A stretch of 64,000 nucleotides of DNA from Vampirovibrionaceae bacterium NZW_1234 (GTDB taxonomy: Bacteria > Cyanobacteriota > Vampirovibrionia > Vampirovibrionales > JAGQHJ01), in assembly GCA_041697335.1 (NCBI GenBank), contig JBGUGD010000023.1, positions 32,001 to 96,000 on the forward strand, read 5' to 3'. The notes under the pieces were generated by a model, which saw nothing but the letters and a program-made list of their open reading frames with translations, was not told the DNA's origin and ran no database searches. Positions 48,726 to 58,893 of the stretch are shown in pieces. The stretch's first letter is position 1; every line of letters starts with the position of its first letter. Both the position numbers and the translations under genes were made by a program.

Positions 48726-48883
48726 ACGTGTTGTAAATTAAAAGAGAATCTCCTTAAGCCATCGGGTAAAGCAGGAGCGTTTTTATCGTGGCCAGACTAT
48801 GAAACTCATGGGGGAAGGTTTTCTGGCTGCCTGCATCGATTGAGGAAAAACCTGATGGGGAATCAGGTGATGAGCCCCATGTC

Positions 48884-49264
48884 TCAGGCTTGTAACGCAG
48901 GCGAGGTTCGACGGTTCAGCAAATATCCCAGCAGGCCTATTGAAGGTGAAAACAGGAATAGGGGTAACCAATACCAGCATCGCCGGGGGTGTCCTTGACG
49001 CACGCTGTCCTGAATCATCCACAAATACACCAACCCGGCGGTCGCCCCAAAATCAATCAAGGTGACCTGATACAAGGGATCATGCAGGGTTTGATGCCAG
49101 AAATGAAAATGGGTCCCGAGAATGCCGCCTTGCTCCTTGAGCCAGGCCTGACTGAAAGGGATTTCCAATAGAATAAACACCACCGTATAAAGCCAAAGTA
49201 AACTTTTTCGTTGTAACAAGGCATCCAACCCCATCGGCCACATCTCCTGAAAAGTTGTAAACAC
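48884..49264 (-). CDS. Small three-TM membrane protein (DUF2834-like)
   Basis: TLIDF...WMIQD...PSIGLLGYL pattern; start uncertain. Confidence 0.6.
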   Translation of the reverse strand: MFTTFQEMWPMGLDALLQRKSLLWLYTVVFILLEIPFSQAWLKEQGGILGTHFHFWHQTLHDPLYQVTLIDFGATAGLVYLWMIQDSVRQGHPRRCWYWLPLFLFSPSIGLLGYLLNRRTSPALQA

Positions 49265-49625
49265 AGCGAATACAGAGTATCACAACCTTGTGTGACCCTA
49301 TTAATACCATCACGCGATATGTTTCATCTTTTGTCCGAGAAGCAAATAAATCAGGCTCTTGGATAAGGTGTTATCTTGAGCCGACATGTGACCTGGATTC
49401 GTTATTGAAAGGTGATCTAACGCCACAGACAAAATACGTCAGATCAATAATTGAGGGTTTCTATAGGCGAGAATCCTTGAAAGCACTGAATTAGAGGTTG
49501 CTATTAAATATGTCTGACACAAATTAAACTATGAATGTTTTTATAATTATAAGTGATATATTTTGATATGGGCTTTGTAATTACCAGGCGTACATAGGCG
49601 TTATAAACTCAGGAGGGCTTTTTGC

Positions 49626-50276
49626 ATGCCAGACTTTCCATCGAATGTAAGTCGTCGAGGGACTGATCCTTACCTGCAAAACTATACTGAACAAGTCAAT
49701 CGAGCGTATTATGGGGCGACCCCGCCTGCTGTGAAGAGTTCCAGTGAGGAAAAAATTGCAGAGTCCCGTGCAAGACTAGGCTTATCCCCGTTGATAACCA
49801 AACCGGCGGTAAAGGAACCCTCGTCTTCGGCTCTCCCAGGTGTACCAACGGGGGTTGGGGAAGCCATTACGACGGGAGAAAATTTATTGCCCAAATCGAA
49901 TCTGGTGAAAGGCCTCGGAAAGACCGTTTCTTACGTGGATGGTGCGATTAATGTTGTCAATATTGCCAAAGGCATCGCAGAGGGTAACAGAGGCCAGGTG
50001 GCAGAAGGCGTCTATAACTTAGGAAAGGCCACCTTGCCGCCCAATATTTCAGGTCCCTTGATCGTTGGGGAACTCTTGGTGAATGATCCTGCTGTTCAAT
50101 TGGAAATGGGTACTGTTCGAACCCTTGGTGGATATATGCCTGCACCAGGAAAAACCGTAGAGGACTTGTTGCCTCAGACAAGACGTGCAATGGCGAATTT
50201 TAATCTGAATAAGACGCCCTACGATCCACCACCGCGACCGGCTCCTACTCGGCACGAGACGTTGAATGGCGATTAA
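49626..50276 (+). CDS. Hypothetical protein
   Basis: AGGAGG SD; 216 aa; Gly/Ala/Val-rich amphipathic central segment. Confidence 0.7.
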   Translation: MPDFPSNVSRRGTDPYLQNYTEQVNRAYYGATPPAVKSSSEEKIAESRARLGLSPLITKPAVKEPSSSALPGVPTGVGEAITTGENLLPKSNLVKGLGKTVSYVDGAINVVNIAKGIAEGNRGQVAEGVYNLGKATLPPNISGPLIVGELLVNDPAVQLEMGTVRTLGGYMPAPGKTVEDLLPQTRRAMANFNLNKTPYDPPPRPAPTRHETLNGD

Positions 50277-50490
50277 TATTTCGCCATAAAGGAGTCCATG
50301 CGCTGTCGATAATGCCAATCATACTGGCATCTCAGTCATACGAGTTCCTTAAATTGAAAGCCTTATTAAGCTCATTGTTGATTTTCCGGGCAGTTTAAAT
50401 GCTTTGCCCATTGATTAGACAGGGCGTAGCATTTGTCATTACGCACGTTTCTAGATACACATCTCTCAAGTCTTCGGGACCTTGATAAGC

Positions 50491-50534
50491 CTGAAACCAA
50501 ATTTGCACGTCAGAGAAACTCATGACGTGCGAAT
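50491..50534. repeat. 44-bp hairpin-forming direct repeat, copy 1
   Basis: ctgaaaccaaatttgcacgtcagagaaactcatgacgtgcgaat; 43/44 identical to 52541-52584. Confidence 0.9.
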
Positions 50535-50634
50535 GAAAGTTGTAAGCACAGCGCTTCCAGGGTATCACGATCACCTGACATCACACCAAACCCTTAAATG
50601 CTTTATACCCGATCTGCCCCCCAGAGGAACTTCA

Positions 50635-52284
50635 TCATGCAGGGTTGTCAGCCAAGGTGACGGATTGTGTTCGGCTCAAGAGGGAGGTATAGCCTTCCAG
50701 TCGACCGGTCGGGCGAATCTTGTTGCGAAATTCGTTATTTTCACCAATGCAGCGAATAAAGATACTGTACTCAGCACAATTCACGGCAATGCTGTTGCCG
50801 TTGCGATTCAGGCGGAGCTCTCCCTCATCAGTGGCATTATAGAGCGCCGCGAGGTCAAAAAAGAGGAACGGGAGATTGGGAGTGTCTTTATGAAGCGTGA
50901 CCACAAAGGTGGCGGGTTTCCCGCTATGCTCCACAAGGGCATCTTTGAGAACTTTACGCACCGTTTCCGGGGTGGTTTGACTGGGGCTCAAATCCAGTTG
51001 AATGATGGGTTCCCGGTTTTGTGATTTGGCATAGTGCTGAATTGACCAATCGAACTCGGACTGACTGTTATTTTGAGGGTCAAAGACCGTGAAGAGGTGC
51101 TGCCGACTGAGCAGACTCTGCCCCACATAGCGGTTTAGCTTGTGGATTTTACCAATGTTGAGTTTGGACGTATTGGGATCAATAGCCAGTTTTTCGTCGA
51201 TAGTATTAATATGATGATCCGCTTGAGAAACAATACCATAATTACCGCTATTCCAATCATAGCCAAGATAGCGGGTAAACCAGCGTTTGGCTTCCGCTAA
51301 TTCTTTTTGTTCGGATTCCTGATGGGGCGCGATTTGTTTTTCCCAAGCCTGCAGCCCATTGAGCATTAAGTCCTTTAGGGGGGGTAAGGGCTTTTCATCA
51401 ATCAGGCCGCATGTTTTAAAGACTTCTTTTCGCAGAAAGGTGAAGAAGTCTTTCGGGGTAATTCGTTGTGACACAAAATTAATATTAGAATGAACAATTA
51501 TATCTGCCTTGATATCATTGCGAGCTTCATAGTCGTTTATATTCTGGTAGGTTTCGAGCAGGGCTTTGGGAATAAGCAACGAGTTCGGGCTGATAATTTC
51601 ATTATAGAATGCTCTTTTTTCGCCGGAGTGAATCGCATGAAAATAAGTTGCTGCATTGGTCTGTTGAGTAAAATTAATCCGATATTTATTTAAATTTAAT
51701 TTGTTTTGAGCATCTAAGCTTCTCCAATTTTTGCAATTATTGTCCCAGAGGTTGGAGAAGACTTCGATTAACGCAGCCTTATCTTGGACATGCTCAGCAT
51801 GCTTATGGAGTAAATGCTGCCACAGGGTGGTTTTCTTACTGTCTTTCAACGAAGAATCTTCACGCCGTTGCAACAGATTCAGAATGGCCTCATCTCGTTG
51901 TGCTTTCGGGAGTTCTGCCAGCCGTCGATCAATACCGGACTTTGTCTCAAAATCGGTGGGAAGCCAGCCACGTTTCAAGTTCGTGACCCAGCTGGGAACA
52001 TCTGCGGTAACTGTCTTGCCCGAGCTTTTAGAAGACGCGGCATTGCCTCTGAAATAGGCAATAACGCGGCGAACATAATCCATAACAATGTCTGCGATGT
52101 TGACAAAAAAACGGGTCACACTCTTCAAAAGTCTCCTGAACGGGCCTGGTGAGCTTGCCGTGTCGGCAGTTTTGGTTTCCGAAGCAAACCGAAGGTGATG
52201 AGTTTGTTTTGTGCTGGGTAATATCAGCGACGTCGGGACAAAACGGGAATGTGTGTGAACCGGATTGCACGATTGAAGGGACAT
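50635..52284 (-). CDS. Hypothetical protein with LRFAS leader and amphipathic helix
   Basis: 549-aa ORF, AT-rich centre, no recognised catalytic motif. Confidence 0.75.
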   Translation of the reverse strand: MSLQSCNPVHTHSRFVPTSLILPSTKQTHHLRFASETKTADTASSPGPFRRLLKSVTRFFVNIADIVMDYVRRVIAYFRGNAASSKSSGKTVTADVPSWVTNLKRGWLPTDFETKSGIDRRLAELPKAQRDEAILNLLQRREDSSLKDSKKTTLWQHLLHKHAEHVQDKAALIEVFSNLWDNNCKNWRSLDAQNKLNLNKYRINFTQQTNAATYFHAIHSGEKRAFYNEIISPNSLLIPKALLETYQNINDYEARNDIKADIIVHSNINFVSQRITPKDFFTFLRKEVFKTCGLIDEKPLPPLKDLMLNGLQAWEKQIAPHQESEQKELAEAKRWFTRYLGYDWNSGNYGIVSQADHHINTIDEKLAIDPNTSKLNIGKIHKLNRYVGQSLLSRQHLFTVFDPQNNSQSEFDWSIQHYAKSQNREPIIQLDLSPSQTTPETVRKVLKDALVEHSGKPATFVVTLHKDTPNLPFLFFDLAALYNATDEGELRLNRNGNSIAVNCAEYSIFIRCIGENNEFRNKIRPTGRLEGYTSLLSRTQSVTLADNPA

Positions 52285-52540
52285 CGGTATTCTTGCCTTA
52301 TGCTTGGATTAAATTGGACCGGCGATAAAACGCAGTACTGTAATAAACCATTTCAATACCATCTTTTGATATGGCGTAACAGACTATGTCACGAATTCAA
52401 CACAAAGTGCTGGTATCTCCGAAATCCGTGCTTTGCTATGTTTGACTCGGCGTTAAGAGCGTATCCAGTGCGAGACAAACGAGTATCGGAGATACCCAAA
52501 ACAATGAAAAGTCCGATGTCGCTAATGTTTAACGATCTGA

Positions 52541-52584
52541 CTGAAACCAAATTCGCACGTCAGAGAAACTCATGACGTGCGAAT
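52541..52584. repeat. 44-bp hairpin-forming direct repeat, copy 2
   Basis: attcgcacgtca/tgacgtgcgaat perfect 12-bp stem. Confidence 0.9.
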
Positions 52585-52615
52585 AAAATTTGTGGCGAGC
52601 GTGCTTGCCTGTGGT

Positions 52616-52789
52616 TTACGACGTCCGAACCTGGACTTCGTTCCAGCAGTGTTCCAAGCGGCTCAGGTTCATGTCCAGCTGTTGAATGGTATTCCACAGG
52701 TCGGCCCAGTGGATGTTCGATAACAGCCCTAAAATGTCCGGAAGAGACTGCCGTTTGACTTCACCAAAACTCAGGTGATGACTTCTCAT
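52616..52789 (-). CDS. 57-aa hypothetical protein (below the ORF-track cut-off)
   Basis: MRSHHLSFGEVKRQSLPDILGLLSNIHWADLWNTIQQLDMNLSRLEHCWNEVQVRTS, read by hand; ends just before repeat copy 2. Confidence 0.45.
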   Translation of the reverse strand: MRSHHLSFGEVKRQSLPDILGLLSNIHWADLWNTIQQLDMNLSRLEHCWNEVQVRTS

Positions 52790-52956
52790 GCCTTGCTTGC
52801 CCCCATTGTTCTGCCACCCAGAATCGATTGAGATTCGTATTTGTATTAAAACGTTGCTTATAATATTGTTGATATAGTTAAACGAAATAGTTACAGTTTT
52901 TCCGCGAGCCGGTGGGCTTTGAAACTCCTCTGAATACCGGGTCTTTCAGAAAACGG

Positions 52957-52986
52957 TTGACCCCGGGAAAACCCGAATGGTATAAC
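52957..52986 (+). promoter_or_regulatory. Sigma70-type promoter for tRNA-Ser
   Basis: TTGACC-N18-TATAAC with TG extension. Confidence 0.6.
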
Positions 52987-53010
52987 CGATTTAACACCAT
53001 TGGCTCTGAT

Positions 53011-53092
53011 GGAAGGGGTCCGGGTGGTGAGGAAGCCGCCTTGAAAGCGGTTGGCCCGTGAGGGCTTGCAGGTTCGAATCCTGTCCCTTCCG
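53011..53092 (+). tRNA. tRNA-Ser(TGA), atypical D-arm
   Basis: GGAAGGG/CCCTTCC acceptor, G discriminator, GCCGC-CT-TGA-AA-GCGGT anticodon arm, long variable arm, GGTTCGAATCC. Confidence 0.88.
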
Positions 53093-53112
53093 TATTTTTA
53101 TCCTATGTCTCG

Positions 53113-53140
53113 AACCCTCTTCTTGAGAGGGTTTTTGTTT
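53113..53140 (+). terminator. Intrinsic terminator after tRNA-Ser
   Basis: aaccctct/agagggtt stem plus T-run. Confidence 0.75.
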
Positions 53141-53459
53141 GTTTAGGGCCTGTATGTTGACAACAGGTCTTTGTTTTTAGAGATTGAATTCTTGAGATTG
53201 TTTTAATGACTGATATTTCGGGTTTGAATCTGGAGATAGAAGGGAATAATAAAGAAAAATAGCGATCGGGTGATGTATGTTCCTCAATTTATCGTCTAAA
53301 ACCAAAATTCATGACTAATTCGGAGTAAAAGAACCGTGCGGACAATTTGTCCGTACGGTGAACGAGATAAAAAACGAGACCCATGAGAGGTGATTTGAGT
53401 CAAAACGAGTCAAAAATCGCAAATTGCTCACAAACTTGGCCGACGTTGAAGAAAAAATC

Positions 53460-54119
53460 CTATCCCCCCAATGGGGCTTTGCGACGCTTCCAGGGACGCA
53501 TGACTTTCTCCAGGCTTTGGCCCAGAACCGATAAACCCAGGCATACAAAGAAATATACCACGCCCATAATCAAAATTACGGTAAACGAGTGCCCCCAGGC
53601 CCGCTCCATCAGAATTTCCCCGGCCTTGGCCAGCTCCAGCGTTCCCAGGGAAACCAGCGACGTATCCTTTAACAGCGTGTTGAACTGGTTGATAAAGGCC
53701 GGAATCATCCGGGCCAGGGACTGCGGGAGGGCAATGGTCATAAAAATCTGGTAATCGCTCATCCCCAGCAACGCCGCGGCCCGCATCTGGTTTTTGTCCA
53801 GGGATTGCACCGCCGACCGAATGACTTCAGCGATAAATGCCGCATTAAAGGTGGCCAAGGCGAACACCGCCCGCTGAAACGGCGGCACCGGTAAAATGGT
53901 AAACACCAGCACCAGATACAGCACCAGCGGCATACTGCGGATGCCATCCACGTACAAGGTACCCACCCACTGAAAGGGCCCCGGCATCAGGAATCGATAC
54001 AAGGCCACGGCAATCCCCAGCAAGAGCGTAAAAATCGAGGCCACGCAGGCCAGAAGAACCGTCATCTGAAGGCCCTGCCAAAGCAGCATCAAGTCGCTGG
54101 TGGTCAACAAAAAGTCCAT
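53460..54119 (-). CDS. Polar amino-acid ABC transporter permease
   Basis: IRSMPLV, AFIAEVIR, EAA-like loop, LLKDTSL. Confidence 0.92.
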   Translation of the reverse strand: MDFLLTTSDLMLLWQGLQMTVLLACVASIFTLLLGIAVALYRFLMPGPFQWVGTLYVDGIRSMPLVLYLVLVFTILPVPPFQRAVFALATFNAAFIAEVIRSAVQSLDKNQMRAAALLGMSDYQIFMTIALPQSLARMIPAFINQFNTLLKDTSLVSLGTLELAKAGEILMERAWGHSFTVILIMGVVYFFVCLGLSVLGQSLEKVMRPWKRRKAPLGG

Positions 54120-54814
54120 CAGGCCGGCTCCGGTAAGGCCTGATCGTCGCTGGGAATCACCGGCTTAATGGCTCGCCGGGTTTTGGTGAAATACTCCAGC
54201 AGACGGAAGGCATAGATGATGATCAGACAAAGGGTGATATAGATGCCCAGTGCAATAAAAAAGAACTGGAAGAACAGGAAGTACTTGGCGCTGTTTTGCT
54301 CGAAGGCATAGGTCACATCCAGGACCCCCACGAAATAGACAATGGAGGTGTTCTTGGCCAGGTTCATAAACTGGTTGGCCAGTACCGGCAGAATCCGCAT
54401 CAGGGCCTGAGGCATGACCAGGTGCGAGATCAGCTGAAATCGGGACAATCCTAAAAGCCGAGCGGCCTTAATCTGTTCTTCCTCCAGGCTCTCAATCCCG
54501 GCCCGAACGACTTCGGCCGTAAACGCCGAAGCCCAGGCGATCAGGGCCAGTAACCCGGCGACATAGCCCGTAAATTGCAGGGCATAGTAAAAGAAAAACA
54601 GAATAACCAACAGCGGAATGTTCCGAAACAGCTCGACATAAAACCAGGCAAGCGGGTAAACTCTCGGAATATAGCGGGATTTACCCAAGGCGACAATGCA
54701 TCCCAGCACAAATCCAATAACCCCGGCCTGGAAAAACAGCGAGAGGGTTGTCCGCAGGCCTTCACCGAAAAGGGGTAAGCCTTCAATGACAGCGTTAATC
54801 CAGGTGGGAAACAC
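54119..54814 (-). CDS. Polar amino-acid ABC transporter permease
   Basis: FRNIPLLV, AFTAEVVRAGI, LAKNTS. Confidence 0.92.
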   Translation of the reverse strand: MFPTWINAVIEGLPLFGEGLRTTLSLFFQAGVIGFVLGCIVALGKSRYIPRVYPLAWFYVELFRNIPLLVILFFFYYALQFTGYVAGLLALIAWASAFTAEVVRAGIESLEEEQIKAARLLGLSRFQLISHLVMPQALMRILPVLANQFMNLAKNTSIVYFVGVLDVTYAFEQNSAKYFLFFQFFFIALGIYITLCLIIIYAFRLLEYFTKTRRAIKPVIPSDDQALPEPA

Positions 54815-55538
54815 GTTCTTCCTCGTTTTGAATAAATCGTTGAATTTCGGGATACTGGGGATTATGGAGGAGGTTGGCCTTCTCCGATGCCGTCAGCAGC
54901 TCACCCCGGTGGACGAAGTAGGAGTAATCGGCAATGCGGTCGGCAAATCCCATATGATGCGTGCTGACAATCAGTGTCAGCCCATCGGCAACCAGTTCTT
55001 TGATGGTTTTTTCCAGGGCATAGACCAATTGCGGATCCAGGGCGTTGGTGGGTTCATCCAGGAGCAGGACCCGCGGGTTCATCATAATCGCCCGGGCGAT
55101 GGCCACTCGCTGTTGTTGACCTCCGGATAACTGGTTGGGGTAATCGTGCTGCTTGTCGAGGATGTGCATTTTCTCCAGCATCTCCCGAGCCCGTGCTTCG
55201 GCGTCTTTGCGGGGAAGTTTATGGACCAGACGCGGGGCCAGGGTCAGGTTGTCTAGAACCGTTAAATGGGCAAACAGGCTGAAGCCCTGGAGCACATACC
55301 CGATCACATGGGTGTCTTGTTTTACGGGGCGGTTGCCTTCAATCAACACGTTGCCGTTGTACTCGATAACCCCTTGCTCAAAAGGCTCCAGTCCGCTAAT
55401 ACAGCTAAACAGTGTGGTTTTTCCGCAGCCGGATGGCCCGATAATGACATTGATACAGCCCAGGGGGAACTCGGCCGAAAAATCGTCCAGCGCCACGTGG
55501 GTGTCATAGCGTTTGGTGAGGTGTTTAACTTTTAGCAT
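54795..55538 (-). CDS. Polar amino-acid ABC transporter ATP-binding protein (GlnQ-like)
   Basis: GPSGCGKT, LSGGQQQR, LLLDEPT. Confidence 0.95.
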   Translation of the reverse strand: MLKVKHLTKRYDTHVALDDFSAEFPLGCINVIIGPSGCGKTTLFSCISGLEPFEQGVIEYNGNVLIEGNRPVKQDTHVIGYVLQGFSLFAHLTVLDNLTLAPRLVHKLPRKDAEARAREMLEKMHILDKQHDYPNQLSGGQQQRVAIARAIMMNPRVLLLDEPTNALDPQLVYALEKTIKELVADGLTLIVSTHHMGFADRIADYSYFVHRGELLTASEKANLLHNPQYPEIQRFIQNEEERVSHLD

Positions 55539-56346
55539 GGGGAAGCTCCGGTTCCACTGGGGTTGTGGAAAGCCAACGATGACGGATACGGTCGAAGGTG
55601 CCATCGGCCAGAAGGGCTCTTACGGTTTCGTCCAGTTCTCGCCACAGACGCAGATCTTCCTTGCGAACCGCCAGGGCATAGTGGCGGTCTTTTCGAATCC
55701 GCTCGGGCACAATCACCATGGAGGGGTCCAGGTGCTGCTGAATATAGGTGGCCACGTCCTCGTTCATAATGATGGCGTCACAGCGATGCTTGTAAAACGC
55801 CAGAAAAACGTCCCGCTGGTTCGGGTAAATCACCGTATTCTGCGAAAGCCCCAGATCTTTTAACAGTTGAATGTAGCTGGTGCCATTATAGACACCGATA
55901 CGCCAGGGCTTGCCCTTGAACTCGCTGATGGAATGAACATTGGCCAGCTTTGGATGGACGATCAGTACGTCGGCGGAGGTAAGGTGAGGCGTAATGTATC
56001 GGACCACCTTGGCGCGATGGGACGTGATGGAGCCGATGCTGACAATATCGTACTGGCGAGTCATTAAGCCGGAAATAAGGCGGTTGAAAGAGACGGATTC
56101 CACGTGAACTTTCTTCCCCATACGCTCACCAATAGCCTTGGCAAAGTCAATATTAATGCCGGCCAGCTTGTTCTGGTCATTGTAAAAGCAAAAGGGCGGC
56201 GTGTCATCGATGAGACCCACGGTTAATGTATCATCCGGCTTTTGGGTTTCAGCGGTTTGCACCCAGCGCACGACAAATTGGCCCATAAAAAAGAAGACCA
56301 TCAGAATCAGGACGGATAATAGAAAGCGCTGAAATTCGGAAAGCAT
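55525..56346 (-). CDS. Amino-acid ABC transporter substrate-binding protein (family 3)
   Basis: LTVG...PPF, GINIDFAKAI, ADGTFDRIRHRW. Confidence 0.9.
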   Translation of the reverse strand: MLSEFQRFLLSVLILMVFFFMGQFVVRWVQTAETQKPDDTLTVGLIDDTPPFCFYNDQNKLAGINIDFAKAIGERMGKKVHVESVSFNRLISGLMTRQYDIVSIGSITSHRAKVVRYITPHLTSADVLIVHPKLANVHSISEFKGKPWRIGVYNGTSYIQLLKDLGLSQNTVIYPNQRDVFLAFYKHRCDAIIMNEDVATYIQQHLDPSMVIVPERIRKDRHYALAVRKEDLRLWRELDETVRALLADGTFDRIRHRWLSTTPVEPELPHAKS

Positions 56347-56450
56347 CAGGCCGACCTCACCCATGGACGCTAGTTTTATTATCCCATTTGTACACATAAA
56401 TGGCGCAGCTCGCCCCAAATTTCCTCCGTTAACGGGAGAATAGAGGAACG

Positions 56451-57551
56451 CTAAAGATCGCCACCATTGTGGGCTCGGGAAGGGTGAGTATTTGTTTTGC
56501 GGATATAGTTTCTCATAGGGACTTCAATTATTTGATAGAGCAAATGAGAGACTCCCAAAACAGTAACCAAATAAAGGAGCCAGAAAAATTTATCACCTAA
56601 TCCGAAATTGAGATGATGGTTATAAGCATATTGAAATACATTTCGAATGAGTGAGTGTGACATATAGATAGAATAGGAGATTTCTCCGAGATAAACGAGC
56701 CATGGGCTTGAAAAAAATTGTGTGAGGCGCCCTTTATTTGACAATGTCAGAATCAAAATCGCTTGGCTCAGAATGAGCCAGAAGTCAAACAGCTTTGAGT
56801 GGACCAAAGGCAGGCTAATGCCGATTGTTAGAACCAAAAGCGCATAAAGCCAGAAGTTGTTTGAGGGCAAGTAAGGTCTGATGAAAAAAAGACACATGCC
56901 TAATGGAAATTCCAACGCAACTCTTAATAACCCCAAGTGAAATGTCCAATCCTGCAAAGGAAGGTGGATATGTAACAGGAGGCTGGCCAGAGCCAAGCTT
57001 AACAGAAGAATAACTGCCAAATTAAAGCAAAGTTGTCTGTTCTCGGGAACACGCGACCAGAAAAAGCAAATAAAAAAAGGAAAACATAGGTAAGCAAACC
57101 ATTCTGCACTGATAGACCAGGAAACGACATTCCAACTTAAATAGCGTGTTGTTTCCCAGGCGTGGATCAAAAACAAGTTGTAAATCAGTGTGTCGAGTGT
57201 GGTCGGCTCTTCTCCAAGTCTGACGGTATTAAAATGAAGTGGTCCTGATAAGCAGGTAATTGCAACGTAAATCAATAGCAGGGTGAGGTGAAGCGGATAA
57301 ATCCGTGCAAGGCGCGCTTTCAAAAAATGGTAAATGCCCGGTAAGGACAATATCTTGAACTTCTCATGGTAAACATACGCTAAAACAAAACCGCTCAAAA
57401 GAAAGAACAGATCGACCCCTAAGTAGCCTTTCAGTTGGATGGGCAGAAGAAAATCCGGGAACAGTGAAGGCAAATTCGGCAAATGAAACCAAACAACCCA
57501 TAGGGCTGCTGGCGCTCTTAGTCCTGTTAAGGCGTTAATCTTGCTTGTCAA
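56451..57551 (-). CDS. Acyltransferase family 3 (OafA-like)
   Basis: LTGLR..AALWVVWFH, GVDLFFLLSGFV, RLARIYP, WSISAEW, GEISYSIY; AT-rich. Confidence 0.92.
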   Translation of the reverse strand: MTSKINALTGLRAPAALWVVWFHLPNLPSLFPDFLLPIQLKGYLGVDLFFLLSGFVLAYVYHEKFKILSLPGIYHFLKARLARIYPLHLTLLLIYVAITCLSGPLHFNTVRLGEEPTTLDTLIYNLFLIHAWETTRYLSWNVVSWSISAEWFAYLCFPFFICFFWSRVPENRQLCFNLAVILLLSLALASLLLHIHLPLQDWTFHLGLLRVALEFPLGMCLFFIRPYLPSNNFWLYALLVLTIGISLPLVHSKLFDFWLILSQAILILTLSNKGRLTQFFSSPWLVYLGEISYSIYMSHSLIRNVFQYAYNHHLNFGLGDKFFWLLYLVTVLGVSHLLYQIIEVPMRNYIRKTNTHPSRAHNGGDL

Positions 57552-57714
57552 TGTTCTGTAATCCGGGGAATTGTCGACTTTTTATTGCCTACTCGGAGGA
57601 TATCAAACCGATCAGAGGAAAAAGGGGCACATCGGGGCTTTTATCTTGCAATGCTTTTAGGTAAAGTATAGCAAATTATCGCTTGTAGCTAGTTGCATCT
57701 GGAGGAAGAACTTC

Positions 57715-58890
57715 ATGGTAGATCTCCTTGTTCCCGCAAGCTCTTGCCAGTCACTCCAGTTGCAATCCCTGCCCTCTTACGCTCAAGCGTATGAAAAGCT
57801 ATCTTTTCCTCCTCATTGGCAGGATGCGTTGGCTTCGGGGGAGTGGCATGATTGGCAATGGCAGTTTCGCAACCGGGTGAAGGATTTAGAAGGGCTTCGG
57901 GCTTTGGTGACCTTGTCGCCTGAGGAAGAGACGGCCTTTTTGCAGGCCGGTAAGAACTTGCCCTTCGCTGTGACCCCCTACTATATGACCCTGGTGGATC
58001 CCCGGAATCCGGACGATCCGATTCGCCGGACGGTGATTCCGAGAGAAGAAGAATTAACGACGTCTCCCGAGGAGATGGTGGATCCATGCGGTGAAGATTC
58101 CCATTCGCCGGTGCCCGGGCTGGTCCATCGCTATCCGGATCGGGTCTTGTTTCTGATCAATGACACCTGCTCTGTGTATTGCCGCTATTGCACCCGCAGT
58201 CGGGTAGTGGGAAGCGGTGAATTACGACCGGAGTTCGAGCATGTGTATGACTATCTGGCGGCGCATCCTGAAATTCGCGATGTCCTCATTTCCGGGGGCG
58301 ATCCGCTGGTCTTTTCCGATGACCGTCTGGAGCGCATCATCAGTCGTTTACGGGCCATTGAGCATATTGAAATTATCCGAATCGGCACCAAAATTCCGGT
58401 GGTTCTGCCCCAGCGCATTACCGATAACCTGGTCTCGATGCTGAAGAAGTACCACCCGTTTTTCATGAGCATTCATTTTCTGCATCCGCGGGAATTGACG
58501 CCTGAAGTGCGAGAGGCCTGCAACAAGCTGGCCGATGCCGGGATTCCCACGTTTAGTCAGACTGTCTTGCTGCAAGGGGTCAACGATGATCCGGTGTTGA
58601 TGAAACACATGATGCAGCAATTATTGACCCTTCGGGTTCGACCTTATTACATCTACCAGTGCGATCCGGTTCAGGGGACGCGCCATTTCCGCACGAAAAT
58701 TCGGACCGGTCTCAATATTATGGAGCACCTTCGGGGGCACACCACGGGCTATGCCATCCCGACCTATGTGGTTGATGCGCCGGGCGGAGGCGGTAAAATC
58801 CCGGTGTCTCCGGACTATGTCCTGGCCGAAACCGATGAAAAGCTCATACTTCGTAATTACGCCGGACAGGTTTACGAATACTGGCAGTAA
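57715..58890 (+). CDS. KamA-family radical SAM aminomutase (lysine 2,3-aminomutase-like)
   Basis: HRYPDRVL, CSVYCRYC, SGGDPL, QTVLLQGVND, APGGGGKIP. Confidence 0.93.
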   Translation: MVDLLVPASSCQSLQLQSLPSYAQAYEKLSFPPHWQDALASGEWHDWQWQFRNRVKDLEGLRALVTLSPEEETAFLQAGKNLPFAVTPYYMTLVDPRNPDDPIRRTVIPREEELTTSPEEMVDPCGEDSHSPVPGLVHRYPDRVLFLINDTCSVYCRYCTRSRVVGSGELRPEFEHVYDYLAAHPEIRDVLISGGDPLVFSDDRLERIISRLRAIEHIEIIRIGTKIPVVLPQRITDNLVSMLKKYHPFFMSIHFLHPRELTPEVREACNKLADAGIPTFSQTVLLQGVNDDPVLMKHMMQQLLTLRVRPYYIYQCDPVQGTRHFRTKIRTGLNIMEHLRGHTTGYAIPTYVVDAPGGGGKIPVSPDYVLAETDEKLILRNYAGQVYEYWQ

Positions 58891-58893
58891 GCT

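Noticed and set aside
53011..53092. Selenocysteine or opal-suppressor tRNA
   Set aside because: The anticodon is UGA (reads Ser UCA), not UCA
57715..58890. Assignment as epmB or part of a lysine-fermentation/osmolyte pathway
   Set aside because: No efp/epmA, kamDE or ablB neighbours; only the family can be supported
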